Assembly: GCF_003918875.1 (NCBI RefSeq)
Contig: NW_025766151.1
Span: forward strand, 1 to 63,365
From: Haliotis rubra
Lineage: Eukaryota
DNA length: 63,365 bases
Direction of reading: 5' to 3'
Below the pieces are notes generated by a model. The model had not been told where the DNA came from. It ran no database searches and saw only the letters and a list, made by a program, of their open reading frames with translations. The position numbers and the translations under genes are program-made. This document shows, one piece after another, positions 27,918-39,179 of this stretch. Each line of letters starts with the position of its first letter. Within the stretch, counting starts at the first letter, position 1.

Positions 27918-28614
27918 TATATAGTATATTTCAGGAGACTAAGCGTTAGTCTATACCCGTGGATATATTAAGGGTTACACCACCATATTACCCAATCTTT
28001 GGGGGACATAAACTGACGTACTGAAAAAAGAACACACCTGGTGCTTTGGCATTATTTTTTAAAAAAAACACAAAAAACAACAAATATTTTGAAAAGTGTT
28101 CTGATTGTAACTTGCATGTATTTTGTGTCAAAGTACCACAGATTACCCAGCTACGACGTTCTCAGTACGTCATGTTCCTCGCCCGAGGTTGGCAATTCAA
28201 TAAATGTTGACTGGTTAATGGCGTGCCCCGAAATGGTCGATAGACCCAGATGCCGACAGCCCAAAGTCCTGTCATCACCGTGTTTAAGCTCATGGGGTGA
28301 CCCAACGCTGTTGATGCTGATGACGTCGCTGTGAGCATCCGTGCACAGATTGAAAATGCGAGATGGAGACTCGGTCTTCCAGTTCTGGGACTGTCAGATG
28401 TCTGGCCAATCTGGGTGACACGCGTGTCATTAGTTCGATGATGGCCTTCCCCGTACAGCCGAACGTTCTGGCTCGTTCTCCGGTGCTGATAATCTTGGCA
28501 TTTTGATTTGTGCCATTGACAGATATATCACTAACAGTCCCGACTGTGGTTTACACTGCTGGTTCATGTCATGCACGTACGAGTCAACAAAATCACGATT
28601 TTCATGATGGGGCA

Positions 28615-29671
28615 GGGGCGGTGGGGTAGCCTAGTGGGTAAAGCGTTCGCTCGTCAAGCCGAAGACCCGGGTTCGATTCCCCACATGGGTACAACGTGTG
28701 AATCTCATATATTGATGATAAACATTCAAATCCCACTCTAGCGATTTTACTTGCAGTGTTAACAATTTTGTCTATTTTAGATTTGAGGTGAACTGAGAGA
28801 GACCCGTACCAACAATGGAATGAAAATGTTAAAAAATTCTGAATAAATGCTACATAAAATGATGACATCACAGATGGGTTAACATTAAAAGATCTCAGTT
28901 TACGCATGAGATGAAGACGTTGTTGACACTTTTTGTATAGGGCTTCAGTGTTAGAGTTCAATGTTCAGCTTAGAGTCAATGAAGGTTCCAAGATACTTAT
29001 ACTCCGACACTGTCTCAACACATTCACCGTTGATTATCACTGGGAGCATTTCTGTGGGTTACTCCGAAAGTCAATTATCAGTTCCTTTATTTTTGTGACA
29101 TTAAAGAGTAAGTGGTTTTCTGCACACCAAGTCGTAAATGATTAATGTCCTCTTTATACAGTTCTTCAGAATCAGTGTCGTTCAGTTTGCCGACAATTGC
29201 TGCATCATCTGCGAACTTTACAGTTGAACAGGTTGAATTGGAGCTTGCACAATCATTAGTGTAGAGGGTGAAAAGAACAGGAGATATTACACAGCCTTGT
29301 GGTGCACCAGTGTTGGTGGTCCATTTATTCGATACAGCCCCGTTAACTTCACGTACTGCTGTCTGTCCACAAGAAAATTTTCGATCCACTTGATGAGGTA
29401 TGAGTTACCGCCCATGTCTAACAGTTTCTGTATCATGATATGTGGCTGGATAGTGTTGAACGCAGATGAAAAGTCAACGAAGAGGATCCTGATGTATGAT
29501 TTAGGTGTCTCTAGATGTTTATAGACATTATTAAGGAGTGACAGTGTGGCATCAACAACTCCTCTCCTTGACCAGTAGGCGAACTGAAGAGGGTCCAGTA
29601 TGTCGGCAACCTCCTGACGGAGATATATACTGGAATATTGCTAAAAGCGGCGTAAAACTCAACTCACTCAC
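28615..29671 (+). mobile_element. tRNA-derived SINE (family 1) split by an antisense LINE RT fragment
   Basis: SINE 5' half at 28615-28701 and SINE 3' tail at ~29622-29671. Confidence 0.8.
28703..29622 (-). mobile_element. Rex1/Babar-like non-LTR reverse transcriptase fragment
   Basis: LDPLQFAY...RGVD...RILFVDFSSAFNTIQPH, TGAPQGCVISPVLFTLYTNDC, KFADD, QQRLHLMRKLRSF; frameshifted. Confidence 0.9.
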
Positions 29672-30267
29672 TGAAAAGGGCATTTATGGTGTTTTGGCAG
29701 CATGTGCACAATGTTTTGAATATGTTAGTCACAATCAGTAAACTTTACTTTTGGGAAATGATTCCAAAAGGTGTATTTCAAGTGCACATCCATGTTGAAT
29801 TGAGTCTTTATCGCCAACCTGTATCTGTTTCAAATCCTGTTTCACGTGTGGATTGCAACACTTCAACTCACTCAACTAATCTATGGACCTAGTGACTACT
29901 CTCTCAATGACAACATTGCAAATAAATATTAATTCCTTGCGTAACTGGGTATATTGTTTCACTATGACAAGCAGTTATTATATGTAATTGTACAGTGCGA
30001 TAGTACCGTCACACGTCGCCATGCCTGCTTCTCACTCATGAATTTCTTAGGAAAGCTAAAAATATCAAATGTTGTTCCCTCAAGCCACATGTTCAAGTTT
30101 CGGCCACCTTAAACAGTCTCTAAACTCGTCACAACCACCAACCCATCTTACATTATCAAAAGGCTCAGCTGACACGAGCACCGCAAGGCTAAACACGATT
30201 TCAGACGGTCACACATGAGAGTAATTACAAGACACACAAATACAGGACAGGTGAGCACAGTTCCTCT

Positions 30268-32289
30268 TTAAAACATTTTATTACCGGTATGGACCAGAAA
30301 TTTAAGTTTCTGCCAAAACAAATTGTCCCCCGTTCTCAAATACTCCTTCCTGTTTAACGCATTCTTTGCAGCCTCAGATCTTACATTATCAACGTCGATG
30401 TTGTCGTAAACAACCATGATAATGTTGGACTCGTGGTCTTTGTGTTTATGCTGTGCCTGGTCATATTCAAACGATGTCCAGTTCAGGGGGTTGAAGTAAG
30501 TATCGGACACTATGGATATAAACCTCTTGCTTTTGTCAATATTATCCAGAATTTCTTCTGCCTGCGAGACCCCCACATCAAAATCCCGTAAGGGACAGCA
30601 AATTCGAAATCCTTCATCATTATTTTCCAAATTTTCCAAAAGGACATTTTTCACCCAGAGTACAATGTCCATATTGTCGTTATCAAACGACAAGTAACCA
30701 TGGTAATCAAATTCTGCCTCTTGATCGTCGTATCTATGAACGGGTTGGACTTTTCTTCCTCTTATTAAATACATTACGAATGGGAGCTTTTTTCTACCCC
30801 AAACTCGACATGCTACAGCAGCGAGTATTACCATGGTAACAGTAATGCTAACGCCTACTGTTACGGGAACCACTAAATCACTGACACAGTCAATGTTGTC
30901 CTGCATGGCGGATAACGTCACAGGCAACCCATCCTTGTAGCATACCGAGCGCTGATTGGCTGGATCATCACTCCTGACGTCTATCCAATCAGAAACCCAC
31001 GTCAAATCACAAGAACAGTGGAGTTTGTTTCCCTCCAAATGAACATTACTGAATCGCACAACTTGTATTTCTTTCGGCAGCGTCGTCAACTGGTTGGAAG
31101 CAAGATTAAGCATAGCAATATTCCCCATGTGTTGTGCTGCACCCCCTTCTATAACGTGCAGTCTGTTATTGGACAAATCAAGGTATGTTACAGATGACAG
31201 GTATGATCTAAATTCAAGTTTTGAAATACGATTCCAACTGAAGTTTAAAAATAATGGCCCCGAGGGCATCTGGTCTGGAAATGAGACGAGAGATGAACAG
31301 ACGACACGTGTATATTTGTACGCTGGGACTTTCTGACATTGGCAAGACGTGGGACAACCTCCAAGAACAGGACAGACCAACTCAGTCACGGGCACATCGA
31401 GGGCATTCTGACCACGAAGTCTCTGAGGCGTGACACAGTTGAAGGACAGCTGTTCACGCACTGTCTTTGGTAACATGAATGTATCTGATTGAAGGAGATG
31501 TCTGAATTCATACATCAGACAGTCACACCGCCAGGGATTGTTCTGAAGAAGAAACCCCATTGCTGCACATTTCATAGTGAGTACTGTGTCTGGATCGTCA
31601 TCAAAGTGGTAGACATCTTTCAGAGAATCTATGATCCACACTGAGAAGTTATTGAAGGTGAGATCAACGAGTTTATTCACACCTAGTTTTGATGTCTTAA
31701 GTATGTCCACAATAGTGAGATTTGGGGTGTTTCTGAAGCTGCTTATGTGGTTATGACTGAAGTTAAACGTCGAGATTCGATTATTCTTTGTAAAAGGCCA
31801 AGGTTCAAAGTACGTCAGTCTGTTATACGACAAATCCACTCCTTCGACACAGCTAACATTGCCGTCAAAAGCATATGGGGATATCCGATGAATACAATTA
31901 TGGGATAAATACAGAAACTTTGCGACAATCCCCTTGATCTCTAGGCCACTGATCTCGGTGAGGTTGTTGTGGGAGAGACGAAGATGGTGTATTGTGATAT
32001 TCAATCTTTCAAAAAATCTATTTTTAATTTCTGCGATTCCATTGTACGACAAATCAAAGATATTAACTTGTGTGTTATTCAAGGATAGGAAGTGTTCTGG
32101 TTTGTCAAGAGAACCATTGAGGACGCTGATCAGCGACGAGTTGCAGTAAACATCTTTTGTGTGGCAGGTACAGTTGGTCGGGCAGCTCGAGCTGATATTA
32201 CTGAAGGTGGAGAAATTACAGCCAAACATAATAGGAAATGTCAACGAGGAAATACATACGACAATGTGGATGATTCTAGAATATCCCAT
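30268..32289 (-). CDS. Toll-like receptor (short multi-cysteine-cluster type), 673 aa, single coding exon
   Basis: Signal peptide; LRRNT CPTNCTC; LRRs (LSYNGI, LSHNNL, LSYNRL); LRRCT NPWRCDC; second LRRNT CPTSCQC; more LRRs; LRRCT NKLHCSC; TM VVPVTVGVSITVTMVILAAVAC; TIR with box 1 YHGYLSF, BB-loop PLRDFDVG and box 3 FWQKL. Confidence 0.96.
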   Translation of the reverse strand: MGYSRIIHIVVCISSLTFPIMFGCNFSTFSNISSSCPTNCTCHTKDVYCNSSLISVLNGSLDKPEHFLSLNNTQVNIFDLSYNGIAEIKNRFFERLNITIHHLRLSHNNLTEISGLEIKGIVAKFLYLSHNCIHRISPYAFDGNVSCVEGVDLSYNRLTYFEPWPFTKNNRISTFNFSHNHISSFRNTPNLTIVDILKTSKLGVNKLVDLTFNNFSVWIIDSLKDVYHFDDDPDTVLTMKCAAMGFLLQNNPWRCDCLMYEFRHLLQSDTFMLPKTVREQLSFNCVTPQRLRGQNALDVPVTELVCPVLGGCPTSCQCQKVPAYKYTRVVCSSLVSFPDQMPSGPLFLNFSWNRISKLEFRSYLSSVTYLDLSNNRLHVIEGGAAQHMGNIAMLNLASNQLTTLPKEIQVVRFSNVHLEGNKLHCSCDLTWVSDWIDVRSDDPANQRSVCYKDGLPVTLSAMQDNIDCVSDLVVPVTVGVSITVTMVILAAVACRVWGRKKLPFVMYLIRGRKVQPVHRYDDQEAEFDYHGYLSFDNDNMDIVLWVKNVLLENLENNDEGFRICCPLRDFDVGVSQAEEILDNIDKSKRFISIVSDTYFNPLNWTSFEYDQAQHKHKDHESNIIMVVYDNIDVDNVRSEAAKNALNRKEYLRTGDNLFWQKLKFLVHTGNKMF

Positions 32290-33437
32290 AGTTGTTCGGG
32301 ATTGGGACGGATTTACTCTTCCTTCTGAACGTGTAATGCCATTAGAGGTTTAAATTCCTGTACCTAAGTTGACGTCAAGGTCAAGGTCAGGTTAAAGGTG
32401 ACTGCTTAAGGCCATTCCGATGACACCGCCACCATCCTGTATGACTGTCTCCATGAACGAAGAATTTGAATAGCTTCCATGGGTGGTCCGCTTCTTTTCA
32501 CACTGCTAAATATCAGGCAAGTTCCTTCTCCTGCTGCAAAATACCAAAACTGTATTAAACAACGCTGTCGACTATGTCGCACTATGTGGAAATAATCGTT
32601 AAATTGCACTAATGCAAGTGACCATGGACCATTCCCACAAATGAAAATATAAGCCTATGATAAAATATGGAGTTACGATAGGTCGTAATGCTACACACGC
32701 TTTGTGGTTGGGGAAGGTTTGTAAAATGCCTTGTTCTTGTTTGTAAGTACTGTGTCCAAAGTACTCTTATTGGGGCTTAGGGTGGCCGAGTTTTCAAAGT
32801 TGTGGCCCTTGGCCAGAAGTTTGTAATTGTTCTTTCGAATCTCACATTGGCCCCGGCTGTTTTGTCTAGATATGTCAACACCCAAACCGTACGTGCTGGG
32901 TGTTGTAAGATATGGCTGGGACGGGTCCAAATTTTCTACCCGGTATCCCACCCCCTATTACCCTACTCTACCCGGATACCCGTTACGTTGATTCCTGACA
33001 TCAAATTTGCAAGAATTAGCTCGGAGGCTAAAATTTCGAGTTTTTCAATATCTTAACCATCTATTATATTCATAAGAAGTCAAATTCAATACCAGCCTTA
33101 TAATCACGAAAGAAACATATTACATTGTTTAATCTATTAGTCACATGATCATAACGGGTCCGGGTATTGAGACGGGCACCCGGGTCCAATTCATTACACA
33201 CCCGTCCCGGGTATCAAGAGTTTGGGAATTCCTCAAAGTACCCTGTGAACAGCTGAAATATTGTCCAAACCCACTACAAACCCACCTCTCTCTCTCAACA
33301 TGTAAATTTTCTTTCTTTAGAATTACAAGTTTTGGCATTATGACACGGTCCTAGAACTTTGTAAAAATATTGTGTTAGTCTTGAAAGTGTAACTATTTGC
33401 AAACATTGTAACTCTTGGTGATTGTTTTACTTGTATG

Positions 33438-33763
33438 CAGTGTAAGAAATATATAGTTTCCAAATTTTGCTGGCCAGTCGGGCTAGCTATGCCTGAAAGT
33501 TACTAGCCCACAAAATAATTCACTAGCCCGAAATTTGAATGTAGAAATGTTACAGAAAGGTAAAATACCATCATTTATCAGACCATAATCTTGCATGATT
33601 TAAAAGTGTATTATAACTTAGCAACTCGGAGAGAGTGATGTATTTACAAAATGAACCCATGAAAATTCATTAGCCAGTCGGGCCAGTGACTGTGGAGATT
33701 TACTGGCCCGACTGGATTTTTACTAGCCACGGGCTAGTAAGCCAGTGGCTATTTCGCACACTG
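33438..33763. mobile_element. Non-autonomous hAT element (MITE) upstream of the TLR
   Basis: TIRs CAGTGTAAGAAATA / TATTTCGCACACTG, 8-bp TSD CTTGTATG at 33430-33437 and 33764-33771, internal ctagccc/gggctag repeats. Confidence 0.9.
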
Positions 33764-34146
33764 CTTGTATGTAACTGTCTTTCCCCATCTACGTCAATAA
33801 ACTTTGGTCGTGCTCGAACAATCGCCGTGTTAAAACATTCAGGTATTATACCTATGAAATGAGTTCGTTTAGTCATATGTCTGTGTTCTCTCTATTGTGA
33901 TTGTCAAAAACAAGCAAGCAGTGAAAAGTACAAAGCGTAATTCCTTTACGTGGGGTTTCTTGGATTATATCTTGTTTTATAAGTCTGCAATATTTCAGCT
34001 GAACGACGTACGAAGGCCTGTCAACAATCTGTTCTGGACCAGGCACACGATGTCGATCTACGCAACTGGGATATGATTACTTATATCAACCAAGTAGGCC
34101 CAGCCAATCACTCGATCCCGTAGTTGCCTCTTACCGCGAGCAGTTG

Positions 34147-34148
<2 letters not shown>

Positions 34149-34182
<34 letters not shown>

Positions 34183-34215
34183 CGTGCGTGCGTGTAAGTG
34201 CGTGCGCGCGCGCGT
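34149..34215. repeat. (TG)n/(TGCG)n microsatellite
   Basis: Direct read. Confidence 0.95.
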
Positions 34216-35925
34216 GTAATGTGTATGTGCATGTGTATATATTCCATTTTACAAATCAAAGTCTCTTTCTTTAAAAGTGTAAGTGACATTACCTGTGTCA
34301 CTGCAAACTAGGTCTATAGATTTACTGTTTGAGTATTTGTCCTGTCCATGTAACCAAGTGTCCTAGTGATCGGATAATCTACTGATAACGTCGCCACTAC
34401 AGTACTGCAATGATCAATACCCCAAACACAGCCTTGCTGGGTCACGTCAATATCTGATAGCAGTCAAAGATTTGAAATATTTATTCAATTACAGTTAATT
34501 GCAATATACCATACATGTAGTTTACAACAATGGGGAAAACAGATATAGTTGCAAAAGCATTGGCGTTTTAGGTTCGCTTCCCGATTATGGTCGGATTGCT
34601 ACTTGAAATGTAATACATATTCATAAAAAAATGATACCAACAGGAACAAGAAGCCCAAACCAGCATGCATTTGTGTTTCCAAACTGGTTTAAGGTTTTAT
34701 ATGATTTGATATAAAGTGTTGTACTTCAAAAATGAAATTGAAATGAAAAATCCTTGAAATGTCCTTATAAAGGATAAAGGAGTTGTTTGCCATAAACGAT
34801 GTTATATGTTCAGGATATAATATAGGTTTAATATATCTCATTTTTGTATTTTAGTTTCAAACAGATCCATGATTCAGCATGGTAAAATATTGACTACAAG
34901 GTGCGTTGCTCTTACCAGACTGACCCTTTGTTTTTTGAAACAACGTAATTTCAACATAGACAACTCCCGTTTAACTGTGAAGGAGTCCCATGCAGTAAGA
35001 TGGAAGATCTCGAAACGGTATAAGATCTAGATGCTATATTTAGTGCTATAGCATTTCAGTATGATCTTGGTGATAGTTAAAAAGAAATGGCTCAGGCCCT
35101 GTGAGATAGACTACTCTTACTTTAAATAATCGTTTATACCAGTGGTTAAGACTCTATCTTGTTGTTAAGTGGGAGAGAAGGTTAAATTTTCAGAATGAGG
35201 GCTTTATATGAGTGAATTCTTTTTCAGTTCCATACTACAAAACGATTTCTAGCCTCACGCAAACCAAAGATTACTCACGTCCCATCTAAATACGTCTCTT
35301 CTCGTCGACGGCAGCACGTATAATGTCGAGTACATGCAGTAACACTGAACACGGCGTGCAAACATTACTCGCATGGGACGGAGAGGTGCGCTACCCGGAA
35401 GTAAGTTAACCGGCAACAAAACACTTATCAAATCTGCCTAGTAAGTAGGTCATGTGACAGTGTGCAACGTATGGATAAAAAATGAGATATGAATATTTGG
35501 ATAAGAGTGAGTGAGTGAGTTTAGTTTTACACCGCACTCAGCATTATTCCAGCTATATGACGGCGGTCTGTGAATAGTCGAGTCTGGACCAGACAATCCA
35601 GTGATCAACAGCATACGTGAAAGGATCGATTTCAAGATACTGTGCCTGGCCTATCAATCTTTTCACAACACAGGACCTTCATATCTTCAGGATATTTTAT
35701 CCCATATGCTCCAGTAAGAACTCTACGCTCTTCTCAACTTGTCCTGCTAACTGTTCCAAGTTGAAATCATTTGGTGATAGATCTTTGCCGTTTGCTGCTG
35801 CATGTCTGTGGAATTCCCTTCCTATTGACTTGAAGTCATCGCCAACCCTCACGTCTTTCAAAGCACGCCCAAAGACCCACTTTTTCAATGAAATTTCTGC
35901 CAGCATCTCCATCCCTGTATATATA

Positions 35926-36496
35926 CTTCCCATCAAAAGTTTAGACTCACTGGTGTAAATATAGCCACTTACTTCAGGCAACTGTTCTGAACTACATTTT
36001 GCAAAATATTTCATACTGTTTAAAGGTACTGTTTACACGTGACCTGATGTATTGTAAATCAAATTCGTAACGTTGAAAATATTATTGTCATGAGTTAATA
36101 GATGAAAAAAATAAGTAAAAATTGGCGAATTCTTAACAAAACTTTACACCAAAACGCAGCTGTTCACATGCACGATATTTGCAGATGCTTTTTAGCAATT
36201 TGATGCATGATCCTCGTGCAATTCATCTGCATAAGGTTTGCAGTTGGTTCCACAGGCCCTCGTGTCTTTACGAAGATTAAAGATTAAAAAGGTGTTTTTT
36301 TAGATGACCCCCGACTCGACATGCTACACAGTACATGTACAATACATTATGACATAATGTATTGTACTGTGAAGCATTTCGAGTCGGGGATCATCTCAAA
36401 TGTTTTATGTTTCTTAACATCTTTAATCCTCGCAAAGACACGAAGGCCTGTGGTTGGTACCCCAAAGTTAGTGGAGAAATCAATCTTCGATGGTAA

Positions 36497-36549
<53 letters not shown>

Positions 36550-36594
36550 ACATATAGTGAGTGTTTTAAGTGAGTCTAAACTATTGATGGGAAG
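35926..36594. mobile_element. Tc1/mariner-type MITE, copy B, with a nested element and (AT)n
   Basis: TIRs cttcccatcaaaagtttagactcac / gtgagtctaaactattgatgggaag with TA flanks; colinear with 27501-27917. Confidence 0.88.
36251..36452. mobile_element. Small MITE nested in MITE copy B
   Basis: ~34-bp TIRs CACAGGCC...GGCCTGTG; 8-bp TSD GTTGGTTC/GTTGGTAC; absent from copy A. Confidence 0.85.
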
Positions 36595-37477
36595 TATAGT
36601 TTTAGTATGCTCAGGAAGCGCTTTGAGCATGGCCATGTGTTGTGGAATTAGCGCTATATAAATACCCTACTACTACTACTACTACTACTACGACTACTAC
36701 TACTACTACTACTACAACAAAATATTTCGATATTTGTACAGTATAATCCTATTATCAGATGACATTTATAAACCCTTTCTTCTCTACCGCCATGGGTGTT
36801 TTATAGTTTTAGAAATACAAGTGTCGAAGCCTATGGCATGTTGAAGTATGACATGTTGAAGGGAGCTGTCATGATAAATTATCAGTTCTTGACTTGGTGG
36901 CCAGGGCTCCCCTAATTTACTCGTTCCGTCACGTGACGAAGAGTATTCTCTTGTCAGTCCTGTCACGTGACTTCAAACACATATTTTGTAAGTCTCCTCC
37001 TTGGAAAAGTGTTTTTAAACCGTGAATATACTAACAAAACCATGGTTGTTTTCTACTTTCACGCAAAACAACTGTTATTTTTTTAAATAAGGTAACTGTA
37101 TAAACAAATCTTTTTTTCTGATTTGCTCCAAGTTTTTCCCCCTTATTCAGCTTCGGAGACTGACATCATATCTCTTCCAATATGAAATAGGAGCGAAACA
37201 TATATATCAAGTTATAGTAAATATAACTAAAATGTCCTGAATAAAATTACTTAATATTCAATAAATATAAGGCATGTTATATTTGGGATTACATTTCGTC
37301 AGTCAAATACACATTCAAGAACGTTTCTTTTGGGTTGAGTGCCATGCGGGATTCGAACCCACACTCTCAAAGCGAAGCACCTCATCGACACAAAGTCAGG
37401 CGGTTGATTAAAGAGTTTTCATACAATACGTGAAGTCCAACCTGTGAGTACTCTCTGCTGGTGTACTGATGACAACC

Positions 37478-37640
37478 GGGGCGGTGGGGTAGCCTAGTTG
37501 TTAAGGCGTTCGCTCGTCACGCCGAAAACCCGGGTTCGATTCCCCACATGGGCACAATGTGTTAAGTCCATTTCTGGTGTCCTCCGCCGTGATATAGCTG
37601 GAATATTGCTAAAAGCGGCGTAAAACTAAACTCACTCACC
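37478..37640 (+). mobile_element. tRNA-derived SINE family 1 (~165 bp), representative copy
   Basis: A box tagcctagt(g)gttaa, B box ggttcgattcc, tail gctggaatattgctaaaagcggcgtaaaactaaactcac. Other copies at about 9401-9587(-), 16408-16568, 19958-20110, 20226-20385(-), 41857-42003(-), 43485-43646, 47260-47385(-), 50361-50683, 51962-52110(-), 62548-62710 and 62740-62880. Confidence 0.9.
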
Positions 37641-37919
37641 GATGACAACCATAACCGGGATCACGGTTGTCAATGCGTTGGATATTTAAAAATATTTTAC
37701 ACACACACACACACACACGCACGCACGCGCACACAGACACACGCACGCGCACACACAGAGATAATATTGCTCGAAAAACAGAAATCCACAAATTTGCTTT
37801 AATTCACATTGTGAAACGCAATTCAACCGAGACAAAGTTAAAACATGTAACACATCTCAATAGATGAGATATGTACATTGTCAACTTTGGATCATGTTAT
37901 GCACAGTATGAACATTCAG

Positions 37920-38480
37920 CTACATAATTTACAGTGTCACTATGCAATCAAATAATTTACAGTGTCAGTGTCATCAAATAATTTAGTGTCAATTCAAATA
38001 ATTTACAGTGTCACTATGCAATCAAATAATTTACAGTGTGTCAACTAATTGCAACTGTGAATAATTTGACACACTGTGTCACTATGCAATTGAATAATTT
38101 ACAGTGTCACTATGCAATCAAATAATTTACAGTGTCACTATGCAATCAAATAATTTACAGTGTCACTATGCAATCATATAATTTACAGTGTCACTGCAAT
38201 CAAATAATTTACAGTGTCACTATGCAATCAAATAATTTACAGTGTCACTATGCAATCAAATAATTTACAGTGTCACTATGCAAGTTTACAGTGTCACTTT
38301 GCAATCAATGTCACAGTGTCACTATGCAATCAAATAATTTTACAGTGTCACTATGCAATCAAATAATTTACAGCGTCACTATGCAATCAAATAATTTACA
38401 GTGTCACTATGCAATCGAATAATTTACAGTGTCAACATGAGATCAAATATCATACAGTTTATCATGCAATCAAATAATAT
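37920..38480. repeat. Minisatellite, 28-bp unit
   Basis: tgtcactatgcaatcaaataatttacag, approximately 18 copies. Confidence 0.95.
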
Positions 38481-39179
38481 AGAGGGTCAAATTCCAGCAC
38501 ATAATGTCAACATGCGAATATATATTATATAGGAATCATTTCACCACACGTGAAGGGCGACACATGGCACCCTCAGCAACACGTACAACTAATAGGAATG
38601 GTTGGTTGGTCAGGTTCGCTGATTTGGTTGACACATGCCATTGTATCCCATCCCAATTGCGTAGATCGATGCCCATGATGTCATCACTAGATTGTCTGGT
38701 ACAGACTCGATTATTTACAAACTGTTACATATAGCTGGACTATTGCCGAGTGCGGTGTAAAACTAAATTCACTCACTCACTCATCCTCCTCCCACTGGAT
38801 TATGTGGCCAGGTTGTCACGGATATAGTCTGGATAATCTGACAAGTCTCCTGGTTAGTTACAGAGGCACTGTCCAGCTGATGCAAGTCATAGTATGGGAT
38901 CATTCAAGTGAAGTGTGAAATACTTTCTTCATACACATACACTGTGTTTCCCGAACCAAATCTTTACTATAGACCCTTTGATCTTGATATAGGTCATTAA
39001 ACAAGAAAGATCCCATTACATGTAGTACATACATGTTTGGTGCATCACACGAACACCTTGCTGTCACTGGGGATTCGGATCCAACAGATTGATTAAGGCG
39101 AATACGAAAAGGAATTGTGGGGATGACACAATGGACAAACAGTCAAATCAATATTTTCATTTGCGTATGGGTCTTCAGA

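Larger units (their letters stand above)
35617..36715 (+). mobile_element. 3' end of an L2/CR1-type LINE, interrupted by a MITE, ending in (TAC)n
   Basis: FGDRSLPFAAACLWNSLP...FKARPKTHFF, then after the MITE aagcgctttgagcat...gcgctatataaat and (tac)n. Confidence 0.8.

Noticed and set aside
32777-33353. Possible hAT-like MITE (TAGG...CCTA, acccg repeats) upstream of the TLR
   Set aside because: TIRs are weak and no matching TSD was found, so it is not called.
37335-37410. tRNA-like B box (gggattcgaaccc) on the minus strand
   Set aside because: No complete cloverleaf is visible; most likely another SINE remnant.
37478-37555. tRNA gene
   Set aside because: It is the tRNA-derived head of a SINE: it continues into the SINE body and tail and occurs in many diverged copies.
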